Assembly: GCF_001194135.2 (NCBI RefSeq)
Contig: NC_068994.1
Coordinates: 48,911,703-48,959,115, forward strand
Length of the DNA stretch: 47,413 nucleotides
Origin: Octopus bimaculoides
Lineage: Eukaryota
Reading direction: 5' to 3'
Under the pieces are notes generated by a model, which had not been told where the DNA came from, made no database searches, and was given only the letters and a program-made list of their open reading frames with translations. Shown one piece after another: positions 13,731 through 25,400 of the stretch. Position numbers and translations under genes: made by a program. Positions within the stretch are counted from its first letter, which is position 1; every line of letters begins with the position of its first letter.

Positions 13731-14564
13731 GTTTTGAAAAACAAATGTAGATCATACATTAAAATAATAAAGATGATTTGTTGCTTTTGAGGTTAGGCTT
13801 TTTAGGTTAGGTATTCAGATTTAGTATCATGCAATCATAATTGATTATAACCAATCCTAACCAGTACAGACATTTGACTGTCAGACTCTTCAACAATGCA
13901 GTTAATTGATTGTAGGCATTGGCAACAAAGAAAGGTTGGTGGTGGTGGTGGTGGTTTGGGATGAGGAGCTGTTGCTTCTGGTGTGGAATTGTCAAGCTAG
14001 CAGCTAAACAAACAGATCCCTGTGCACTTGTGGAAGTGGATTTCTTCTGGGTACATATGTCACAGAAGAGAAATAGCAGTTTGGTGTCCTGTTTCCATTG
14101 TGTGTGAAGTTTTGTGTATGCTTTCTTGATTACACTTGCCTCTACAGGTCTGATGGCTTTTAGCATTCATACATATATGCATACATACATTACAAATGTG
14201 CATTCATACATTACACATATGCATGCAAATGTGCTTACATTACACATATATCGTGCAGATGCATATATATACACACACAACACTATCATCATCACCATTA
14301 TCATTTTCTATTTTATATTGACTTTTTCCTTACTGACTTTAGATGAATCTTCTTGAAGCAGTACTCTGAGTGTTTGCCCTTCCTGACTCAAATCTTACTG
14401 TTTTTTCAAGTAAAGTACTTTATGTCCACATTTGCACTTGTTGAATTAGTGAGCTGTTGGACATATTAATAACATAAATGCGCCCTTTTAAAGCCTAGCC
14501 AGGCTTACGGGTCCGGTTTCCCGGTTTCAATGGTTGAGCTGCAGAGAATATAAATAAACCAACT

Positions 14565-14768
14565 TTGGTTGCCAAGCGGTGATGGGGAACGAACACAAAG
14601 AAATGCATGCGCACGCGCATACACACACACTCACGTGCGCAATGGTCTTCTTTCAGTTTCCATCTACCAAATCCACCCACAAGGCTTTGGCTAGGCCCAG
14701 GGCTATAGTAGAAGACATTTGCCCATGGTGTCACACAGAGGGATTGAACCCAGAACCATGTGGTTGGG
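14565..14768 (-). mobile_element. SINE family A copy
   Basis: cttctttcagtttccatctaccaaatccacccacaaggctttgg...gctatagtagaagacatttgcccatgg...gaacccagaaccatgtgg. Confidence 0.85.
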
Positions 14769-15544
14769 ATGCCAGTTTTTTTTCTTTTTACCACACCTAT
14801 GAAAGATTATCTGTCAGATATTTTTAATAAATCAAGAACAAAAGAAAAGAGCATTTCTATTTTCTCTCCTGACTTTCTGATAATCCCTGTTTCCAGATAT
14901 TTATACTTGGATAATTTCTCAATTTCATTTAAAGGTACATTATTATTTTTCGGAACCAGTGCTTCAATGAAGTGCTGTTCCCCTTCATCATGGTCCTTCA
15001 TGACAATATTTGGTCGATTAAACCTTGATCTTATTGTTTCTGTACTGGAATATTCCAGACTATGGTCATTTCCTCAATCTATTTTTCTTACCTTAATGTA
15101 TCATATAGTTTTTGCTTGTGAGCTGATGAATATCTCACATGTTCTGCATATGACAATTCAGCAGATGAAAATCTGATGCATTTTCTATTGGTTGTTTTGA
15201 GACCAATCAAATCTTGATGACTTAGCATGTTTGCTTATGTCTTGTCATGTTAACCTCTTCAATTATTTGAACAATCAGCAGTGTGAAACTCAGAGTAATA
15301 ATTCAAGATCCTAATAAGATATACTAAGCTCTATGTATTGAGCACTTTTGCATTTGCAAACACAGACATTCACCATTCCACACATATACATTCACTTAAG
15401 CACAGACAAGCATAAAAAAGAAATGACGTGTATATGTATGTATGCATGCGTGCACGTGCAATAGTCAGGCTGTTCAGTAGATGCACAACAAGCAGCTGAA
15501 TAAATGGTTGCAGCAGAAAATTGATCTTTTCTGCTATTGATGTT

Positions 15545-15592
<48 letters not shown>

Positions 15593-16114
15593 TGTATATA
15601 TATGTATGTATGTATGTATGTATATATATGTATGTGTTTGTGTGTGAAATTTTTGTGCTATTATTTATTCACCCCATTTTAAGCCCCCCTTCCCCTTCCC
15701 ATTTCAGTAATTATCTACACATATCATCTGCGTTATAAATATTGTTTGCACTCACTTCAGAAATTAGTTAGACGAACGACTTAGTCATAGTCATAAAACT
15801 GAGCAGCGAAGGGAAGTAATTTCAGTTTTTTTCCCATTCACCCATCCATTAACCTCATTTTAAAAAAAAACCATATGAAAGGCTGCAGAGATATAACTGC
15901 TGCCAGTTTCAAACTTTCACAGGATGGCTTTCGATAAGGCCATAACCTCATGCTGAGTTATGGAATGAAAAGCCAAGAAGTGCAATTCTGACTCGACAAT
16001 GTCCTGACTTTACGACTGAAATTTCCACTGTCTAGTAATGGTTTGAAATTGACAGAAACATTTGTGCTTTGAGTTGGTAACATGGTCTTTTGAAATTATA
16101 TGATTTAGCTCTAC

Positions 16115-16149
<35 letters not shown>

Positions 16150-16354
16150 ATTGGATTGGATCGGATTAGATTTCCTATATTCAGCCCAGTGCAGGACTAA
16201 GACTTCAGTATGTTCTTTCCACCAACCATGGTCTGATAAGGAGGTCTTGAATTTGAGCTTGAGATCACACTGGTTTGGCGAGCCTAATCTCTCACACTGG
16301 CTCAACATAGCTTGGCAGAGGGGGAGCAGCTTTTTGACTCTTACCCAGGAGTAG

Positions 16355-16527
16355 TTTTAAGTTGATTACATTCAACCCCAGTGCTTAATTGGTACTTAAT
16401 TTTATTATCCCTGAAACAATGAAAGGCAAAGTTGACCTCAGTGGAATTTGAATTCAGAATGTAAAGATGGATGAAATACTGGTGAGCATTTTGCCCAGAA
16501 TTCTAATGATTCTGCTCACTCGCCTTA
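16355..16527 (-). mobile_element. SINE family B copy
   Basis: ggtacttaatttt...atgaaaggcaaagttgacctcagtggaatttgaattcagaatgtaaag...agcattttgccc...gattctgctcactcgcctta. Confidence 0.8.
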
Positions 16528-16540
16528 TGCATATATATAC

Positions 16541-16579
<39 letters not shown>

Positions 16580-16639
16580 TACGAGGATGGGCTGAAAAGT
16601 TCATATGCTAATTATGAAGGAGTAATGCTAGAGCTATGA
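16580..16639 (+). mobile_element. Possible mariner-type terminal sequence running into a gap
   Basis: TA-CGAGGATGGGCTGAAAAGTT resembles mariner TIR starts of the TACGAGGG..AAAAGT type; the other end is hidden by Ns. Confidence 0.4.
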
Positions 16640-16746
16640 NNNNNNNNNNNNNNNNNNNNNNNNNNNNNNNNNNNNNNNNNNNNNNNNNNNNNNNNNNNNN
16701 NNNNNNNNNNNNNNNNNNNNNNNNNNNNNNNNNNNNNNNNNNNNNN

Positions 16747-16785
<39 letters not shown>

Positions 16786-16791
<6 letters not shown>

Positions 16792-16840
16792 GAGTGAACA
16801 GAATCATTAGCATGCTTGGCAAAATGCTTAGCAGTATTTT
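16786..16840 (+). mobile_element. SINE family B 5' fragment
   Basis: taaggtgagtgaacagaatcattagcatgcttggcaaaatgcttagcagtattt. Confidence 0.7.
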
Positions 16841-18634
16841 GTATATCCTCTCTCTCTCTCTCTCTCTCTCTCACACTCACTCACACATTACTGGTAATGT
16901 TATGGAAGGAGTTAGTTGTATTGAACATGGTAGTAGGTATTTCTGTTTCATTTTGTGCACAACAAAAGGTGTGTGTGTTGGGGTGGGTGGGGAGAAAGTG
17001 ACTTGTATATTGCTGATGTATAATCAAATGCATCCCAATCACGACAATCCATCTTGTTATTAATGGCATATATCTAAAACTGGATTATCCAATGTACTGG
17101 GGTTTTTTGTTGTTGTTGATGATATTAGGGTATAATTTGAAGGGGATTTGGTTGGTATTTCTAGCAGCTGTATCACAGTTCCCTTGTTAGCTTGTGTACT
17201 CGGATGGTGGATCAAGGGATGGGAGAGGAAAAGACGAAGGGGGAAGTAAACCCCTTTTAGTTGTAAATAATTATAGGGTAAGCCTGCTTAGGGAACAGTT
17301 TTGAGTTGAAAGTGATAAAAAGAAAGAGTCAACAGTGAGAGAGGGGGAGGTTACATGAGATCATTTCATACCCCTCCTCCACCCCACCCCCCATCAAATT
17401 ATTTTTCTATTTCTCATTTCTGTGAGTCCCCACACCCACTTTTTAAGTCTATCCCCATCTCAATTCAGACTTCCCTCTTCTCTTTCTTCTCCAGTGATTA
17501 CTGCTAAAAGCTTAAAAAATAAACGGAAATCACTTCCACAACCATTGATATTTTCCTCCTCCTTGCTTTGTTAATCTCCTTTCAGTTGTTGTTTTCTTTA
17601 ACTAGGCAGATAGACAGACAGACAGACAGATAAAAGGGAAATAGGGAGACAGATGCAAAATGGGAGAAAGAGATAATGTGAGTCGGTCAGGAAGATGGGT
17701 GGGAGAAGATCTGTTGTCAAATAAAAGTATTGAGACTGAAAAGGTAAGAAGTGGGTGAATGGAAGCATAAAAAAGACGGTGAGAGGTTGGAGAGAGGGGG
17801 AGAGAAAACAAGAGATTGTGAAGAGCGATAGAGGCAGAAATGAAGACAGGAACGAGAAGAAAATGAGAGATTGGTTGTAAGAGAAACAGGAAAAAAAAAA
17901 AATGATGTGAAGAGGTAAGCTAGCTATAAAAGGGGGAGAGTAGAGGTTTTGATAGAGAAAAGGCTGACATGAAAATTAAGTGCTTTGTTATTTCAATTGA
18001 GTGGTAGTTTAATCATGTTGTCAGGAAACCAGTAAATTGCTTCTCCTTTAACTAAATCAGTGAGTTAGTTAACTTGGTTGCTCATTTGGGCTCGCTGATC
18101 TGTTTGTCACTCTGACAGTATTTTTTTAATCTTTTGTCATTTCACTATCCCTAACATGTGCTGTGTGTGTGTGTGTGTGTGTGTAAGAGGGAGGGAGGGA
18201 GAGAGAGAGAGAGAAAGAAAAAGAGTGTCAGCTATCAGGTATGTTTGTTTATATATAGTCCTTAACTATATGAAGTGAGTTAGCCAGGGTCGTCTCATTG
18301 ATTGTACAATGCAGTGTCACACAGAATTATAGCACTATCTTCTCTACAACTTTATTGAATTTACATTGGTACAATTTTTTCAGTGGCATCCATTTTAAAA
18401 CTTGCATGAGTTTGGCTGTAGAGCTGCCCAACTTCAAGCACATATCCTGTCTTAACTTGGTACTTTACAAGTTTATTTTGCAACAGATCCAAGAAACAAT
18501 GTAATCAACTGGTTCAAGTAAGAGACCACACACAGATATAAATGAATAGCCTCACTAAATTGAGACAGTTCTCACCTAAAGATTGCAACAGCATGAAACT
18601 TGTTTCCTAAGATAAGCATTCAGTTTAAATAAAT

Positions 18635-18845
18635 TATTGGGTTGGTCAAAAAGAAGTCTGCTTTTTTAAGTGAAAATGCAACACAAGTTTGAAACAGCAA
18701 TTTTTTCAATCAATGATATAATTACTATTTTGTTCCAGTATCTTGTCCTATCTTGTAGGCAAATTCATTATTCTCGGCTCAAAGAATTTCCAGTCTTTAC
18801 TGGCAGAAAACTCTTCCAGGTGGATTTTTACACCCTCACAGAGAT
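18635..18845 (-). mobile_element. Mariner 3' end remnant with terminal inverted repeat
   Basis: Minus strand reads EGVKIHLEEFSASKDWKFFEPRIMNLPTR*DKILEQNSNYIID*, the typical mariner C-terminus with Trp mutated to TAG. It ends in TA+TTGGGTTGGTCAAAAAG, a mariner-type TIR. Confidence 0.8.
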
Positions 18846-18920
18846 TATTATTATTATTGTTGTTGTTTATGATTTTTTACTATTATTTGTTTATTAATAT
18901 TATTTTTCTTCTCTTTGCAG

Positions 18921-19466
18921 GTTACTGCTGACATCTCAGCTTACCAGTGTTGAATGGACATACTCTGCACAGAATGTTGGTAATTTCTCCCAGCTTCTCT
19001 GTACTTCATTTCCCGTCAAATGCTGCAGTTTGGAAATGTCTCAGTAAACTAGAAACTACTTGGCTGGAGTCTTGGCAACCACTACATCAACGCTACTACT
19101 GCCACCACCACCACCACCACCACCACCACCATTGCAGCCACCCACAATAACAGCATCATTAACAACACTAACAGCATCATCATCAACAACAACAAAAATA
19201 TCACAACTGCTATTAAAGGCCACAACAGAAGTAACAGCAGTTCTCCTCTTACTACTACTACTACTACTACTACTCCCCCTGTCAGAATCACCAACACCGG
19301 GACTGCCGCCGCCACTGACACCAACAGCAAGAACAGTTGTTTCAGAGGTGATGACAACAATTACAGCAACAAAAACAACAGCATCACTACCAACATCAAC
19401 AGGAACAGCAGCAGCGGCGGCAGCAGCAACAGCAGCAGCAGCACCCAGAAGCACAAGTGTGAACAG
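18921..19466 (+). other. Probable 5' portion of the large exon (5' UTR or N-terminal extension) with upstream ATGs
   Basis: Strong acceptor tatttttcttctctttgcAG|G at 18920/18921. Upstream ATGs lie at 18954, 18974, 19020 and 19036. Confidence 0.55.
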
Positions 19467-22400
19467 ATGAGTCAAGCTGTTAGCGACAGAACCGGTGACA
19501 CCAAATGCAAAGTGTCTGTGACCACTGATGCAACTACTACTACTACCACCACCACTACTACCACCACCACTATTGCTACTGCCATCACTACCATTACTAC
19601 CACCTCACCAAATCTAGATACCAATAATAATAATAATAATAATAATAACAACAATAATAATAGTCTTGCTAACACTGCTATCAACAACAACAGCAACAAC
19701 AACATAAGAAGCACTTTTCTTACCTCCACTAGCGCCACCACTATTCCTAGTACTCCAACTACCATCTCTGCTTACATTATCAACGACAGCAGCAGCATCA
19801 TCAAAAACAGCAGTACTAGTAGTGCTTGTAGCAGTGGTAGTATCACCAGTGGCAATAATAATAGTGGCAGCAGCAGCAGTAGTAGTGCCAGTGACTGTGG
19901 TGGCGCTGGTTTCGGTGGTAGTGGTGGCAGTGGTAGATATCGGTTCATTGAGCCATCGGCAGTTACGGCCCTAACAAAAGCTGAACCGGTCAACCCGTTG
20001 CTGGCAACGCTTGGTGTGAAACCACTGCCACCGCCCCGACAGGCAAGGAACGGAGTGGTTCGGTCACCAAACTCTTGTGCCATAATCACTACCACCACCA
20101 CCACCAATAACAACAACAGCAACAACAATAATACTTGTAGCACTGCCAACACCAGCACAAACAGCAACTGTAATAAAAGTAAGTGCAGCAGCTTTGTTGA
20201 CATTTACAAAAAGCAGCTTGCATTCTTGGTGCAACAGTCTGGTGACAGCAAAAGCAGTGCCAGTGGAAGCAGCAAGAAACCGGCGGAACTTTTGGAAAAA
20301 AAGAAAAGGGTAGCAGACACCATTCTGCCGACTTCCACCCCAGGTTCACCTCCAACTCCAGCATCTCTACAGCCACTGCAGCCTTCGTCTTTACCATCTC
20401 CACTGCAGGCAGCACCGCTCCCAGCAGCTGTTGCAGAGTGTCACCAGGTCGTGACGAAGTCAAGCAGCAGCAGCAGCAACAGTAGGGAGTCTTTATTTGA
20501 AGGTCAGCAAAGACCTNNNNNNNNNNNNNNNNNNNNNNNNNNNNNNNNNNNNNNNNNNNNNNNNNNNNNNNNNNNNNNNNNNNNNNNNNNNNNNNNNNNN
20601 NNNNNNNNNNNNNNNNNNNNNNNNNNNNNNNNNNNNNNNNNNNNNNNNNNNNNNNNNNNNNNNNNNNNNNNNNNNNNNNNNNNNNNNNNNNNNNNNNNNN
20701 NNNNNNNNNNNNNNNNNNNNNNNNNNNNNNNNNNNNNNNNNNNNNNNNNNNNNNNNNNNNNNNNNNNNNNNNNNNNNNNNNNNNNNNNNNNNNNNNNNNN
20801 NNNNNNNNNNNNNNNNNNNNNNNNNNNNNNNNNNNNNNNNNNNNNNNNNNNNNNNNNNNNNNNNNNNNNNNNNNNNNNNNNNNNNNNNNNNNNNNNNNNN
20901 NNNNNNNNNNNNNNNNNNNNNNNNNNNNNNNNNNCAACAACACAGACTCTGCTGCATGCTTTGATCATGCCAGTACAACATTTGTAGATAATAAATTTAG
21001 TACAGAAAACAACAACAACAACAGCCACAGTACTAAGTTGGGTCCATCCCTTCTCAGCAAGAATACACAACACAACAACAACAACAACAACAGCAGCAGC
21101 AGCAGCAACAGTAGGGAGTCTTTATTTGAAGGTCAGCAAAGACCTGTCGTCACACCGTTACACGTCATCGACAGCAAGTGTGATGGCAGTAAGAGTAAGA
21201 CATCGCAGCAACAGCAGCAGAAACAACAACAGTCGTTACAACCACTACTACCACCACCACCACAACAACAACAACAAAAACTGCAACTTCACACAGAACA
21301 ACTGCAAGAAAAGCAAATGCCACCCACAGCCAAGCATCTTGTAGCGACAACAAGAACAACTGCCATAGCAGCTGCAGCAGTCAACAGAAGCAGTAGAGCA
21401 ACAAGTGAAGAAGAGCTTCATCCGTCACTGTGTATGATATCTTCAGCAGCAGCAGCAGAAGCAGCAATATTTTCTTGCCAGCAGCAAGATGATAGAAGAC
21501 AAAGAAATGTCTTGCATACGACGACGACAACAACAGCAACGTCTCTGTCACCACCATCACCACCACCACCACTATCAACAAGAGCAGTAGAAGCAACAAC
21601 AACAACAACAACACCAGCATCATCAGCTTTGTCGTCGCCGTCGTCATCGTCGTCGTCATCATCATCCTCCTCCTCGTCATCAACATTGTCATCAACAGCT
21701 GCAAAAATAACTGCAACAGAAACGTCAAAAGTGTCTGCAGTAACAACAGGTTCAGTTTCAGCAATAACAGTTTCGACACTAGCAGTAACTGCAACAGCAA
21801 CATCAGTAACAACAACAGTGTCATCACCATCACCATCATCTTCATCATCATCATTTTCATCAATTGCGCAACCACATCAGAAGATTATTTGTGCTATCAA
21901 CAACAATAGTACTACCAACAACAACAACACCACTTCCAACAGTATTGCGACTATCAACAGCAGCAAGACTAATACTAACGTTAGTACAACTGCCCTTAAG
22001 ACTCAGGCTGCAGGAGATGTGCATTCGGCTGTAGCGTCAGTCGAAGGTGGAATGAGCAGGAAGCGCAGTGCTGCTGGGACGACTGTTGTATCCAGTGGAA
22101 CCAGTGGTGTGAAGCGAATGATGTGCAAAGTAAGCAGCAGCACTGGAAGTAGTGCTGGTAGTGGTAGCACGAACAGAGACACCGGAATAGTAGTAGTGAC
22201 ACCTGACTTCTCTGCTTTGGGCGACACAGTGTCTGAAGAGAGTACAAGGAGCTACAGTGCCCCAACAGGTAATAACGGTCCAGGAAATTCCCTTGCCGCC
22301 GCTGCCCCCGAGGCCATCTCTAATGCTGCAACCACCCCTGATTTTTCTGTTGTTGTCCTACCCCATGCTACTTCACCTCGAAATGCTGTAGACTCTGTCA

Positions 22401-25400
22401 CAAGCCTTGCAGGTATAAGCAGCATCGGTGATGCCAATGGTGGTAACAGCAGCAGCAATATTGGAAACCACAACCACCACAGTAACGTTCATAGTAACCG
22501 GAACATTGATAAAACTCCAACAGCCATTGGTTTGAATCCTACCACTGGCCTTATAGTCAACATTGCAACCGAAATCATTAAATTCACCACTTGTACCACT
22601 ACTGCCATCGCCCCTACCACTAACATTGACTCTAACGTCCTTGCTACTAACACAACAACTCTGTGTTCACTTTCTAGTTGCATTGACACTGGTTCAAATA
22701 GCTGTTTAGGCAATGAGGTTGGCTCTGAAGCACAACAGTCACAACCACCACCACTACCACTACCACCAACACCACAACAACAGAAACAACTATCGCCACC
22801 ACTTCCTCTACAGCAAAATCAACTGTCATCACCACTACCGCTAAGACAAAATCAATTGTCACCACTACCACTACAACAGCAAAAACTATCACTACAGCCA
22901 CCACTACAACAAAAGCTGCCAACAGCAACAACACCACTGAAACAGCAAACACAGTCGTCACTACAACCACAGGACCCATTGGCATCCCTATCATTACAAC
23001 AACAACAACAACAACAACCACGGCTGCATCAAACACCTTCACCAGAACAACTTCAGCAACTACCACAACAAGAGGACAGACAAAATAATGTTGTGTTGGT
23101 GCCTGTTTCAAATGATGCAATTGTGACGCAGCAGCAGCAACAGCAGTCACAATTGCTGATGATGATGCACCAAAAATGTGACACGGACACTAACAACAGA
23201 GACAGCATCCCCAGCAGTAACACATACGGTGTAACGAGACTGGCTGCAGCCACCAACACCAACACCTCCACCACCAATGTCAGCAGCACTTGCACCTTCA
23301 CCACTGCCACCAATAACACCAATATCAACACTTCTCAAATCATATCACCACCATTACTACAGTGTTCACAGCCATTACCACCTCCACCACCACCACCACT
23401 ACCACTATCTGCACCATTGTTAAAAACTACCACACCAGCCACTTTCAGCAACCATGCATTGGACACTTTCCTCAGTCCACTTCACACAGACGGTACAATT
23501 GTTCCTGTCACAAATAGCACCTGTATTTTTCCAACGTCACTGTCAACGTCATCCTCCTCCTCTTCATCATCCTCCTCCTCTTCATCATCCTCATCCTCCT
23601 CTTCCTCAACCCCTTCTCTGTCATCTCCAGCCTTGTTTTCTCTACTTCCTCCATCATCTACAGCCTCTTCTTCACAAACTGTCAGCGTACCACTACAGAA
23701 TACCTCGACAAAACAAACCAACTCCATTTTGACGTCACAAGATGATTCTCTGTTCCTCAACAGAGGCAACGCAGAACCTTCAGTTCAATCGGCAATGGTA
23801 ATGCCACCATCTACTCCAATTCAGTGTCAAGTAATGCCAACAACAGAAGCAGCTTCTTCTGACTGCAGTAGCGATGAAAACTCTTATGGTGACTGTGCAA
23901 GCAGTGAGCCTTCTTCAAAACCGGATATAGATTCTCCAGAGTCGTTTGTTGCCTCAACTCAAACTGGGTTCGATAATAGTGAGCATGACGAAAGCACAGA
24001 AGACAGCATTGGCAACAGTGCCAGTTATACTGGAATATCGTCATCGGTATACACTAAAGACAATATTTCAAAAGTTCTAGACAGCCATTACAAAAGGATA
24101 AAAGACCCAGCCTTGAAGAGTACTTATGATATGGAGTGTGGCATGAAACTCTGTCAGGACTTCTGCATCAAAGATGGCAGCAATTTTGCTCGAGATGTGC
24201 TTTTGCACTCAAGTGTTGACCACATGTGCAAGTCCTACATTGACGATGATGATGATGCTGAAGATGATGACAATGTGTATAAATGTTCTTTCTCCTTGCC
24301 GAGGAAGAAAAACATAGATGCTCTTGACTGTAAGAAAACGTCACCAACTTCTGGTCTTGTCAGTGATTTGCTGAGGTGTACCACTGCCATTGCTGATGAT
24401 CACTCTTATTGTTGGTCAGTGTCAAAGACACAAGAACCAGAATCGCTCTTGCGAGACGCGCATCCGTGTGATGATGAAGTATCTGACTCGAGTTCGTTGG
24501 ATGACATTCCTGATAAGCAGGAACATTTAACTTTCTTAACTCAAAATGCATTTCTTAAAAACAACAACCCCAAAAGTGTTGAGACGAAGACTTCGTTTTT
24601 CTCACCTGCTTCCCAATCTATCCGGAAGCAGATTGCTGAGAAAGACAGGAAAATGCCGAGAAACTTATTCAAAGGGTGTGTTTCTTTAGATAACATTGGT
24701 TTTAATATTTGCAATAACAGCAGTAATTTTAAAATGGCAACAAATGCAACAAATATGTTATGTAAGACTATTCCAAATAACCTAATTAATAATAATGATA
24801 ATAATAATATTAATAATAGTAGTTGTAGTGGTAGTTTCAATAACAACAACAACAGTAATAATAATGTTGTTGACATCGTTACGCCAGATGGGGACGATTT
24901 TGTTACTGACTTTTCCTCCTTTGTACTTGAAGAGAAACCCCATTTAAATTTTAATAGCTATTACCCTTTTGAATCAAAGTTTGCTGATGAAAGGAAAGTC
25001 AATGGCTTATCTAGTCCAGTGCAGCTCTCTGAGTTGTCACCAAATTCTCGATCGCCCAAAATCACTCCTTTAAAGAATGTCAACAACAGAATGAACACAC
25101 AGAGCTCTCCCAAAATCGGAAGCTTTCGAATTGGCACCTATGGATCAATATCCAACAAAGAGTGGGAGGAAAACATCGATTCTGACACGCCGTTGACTGT
25201 TGGGAGCATCTCTATGTCGGATCAGAAGCGGGAGACATTCACGTTTTGCCACAAGAAAGATTTATCTGACAGATTATCTGCAAATGATGATCAGAAAAAT
25301 ACAGGTCTACTTTATGAGAATTCCATGGATGTTGATGACACTGTTAAAGCACTGAGCAGTGATGGCATGAATGGGTTCAAGTTTCAGGAAGAATCAGCAG

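Noticed and set aside
14807-15075. Minus-strand open stretch GNDHSLEY...MKDHDEGEQHF...KISDR
   Set aside because: No recognisable domain or convincing splice sites; it may be an old TE fragment but I cannot support a call.
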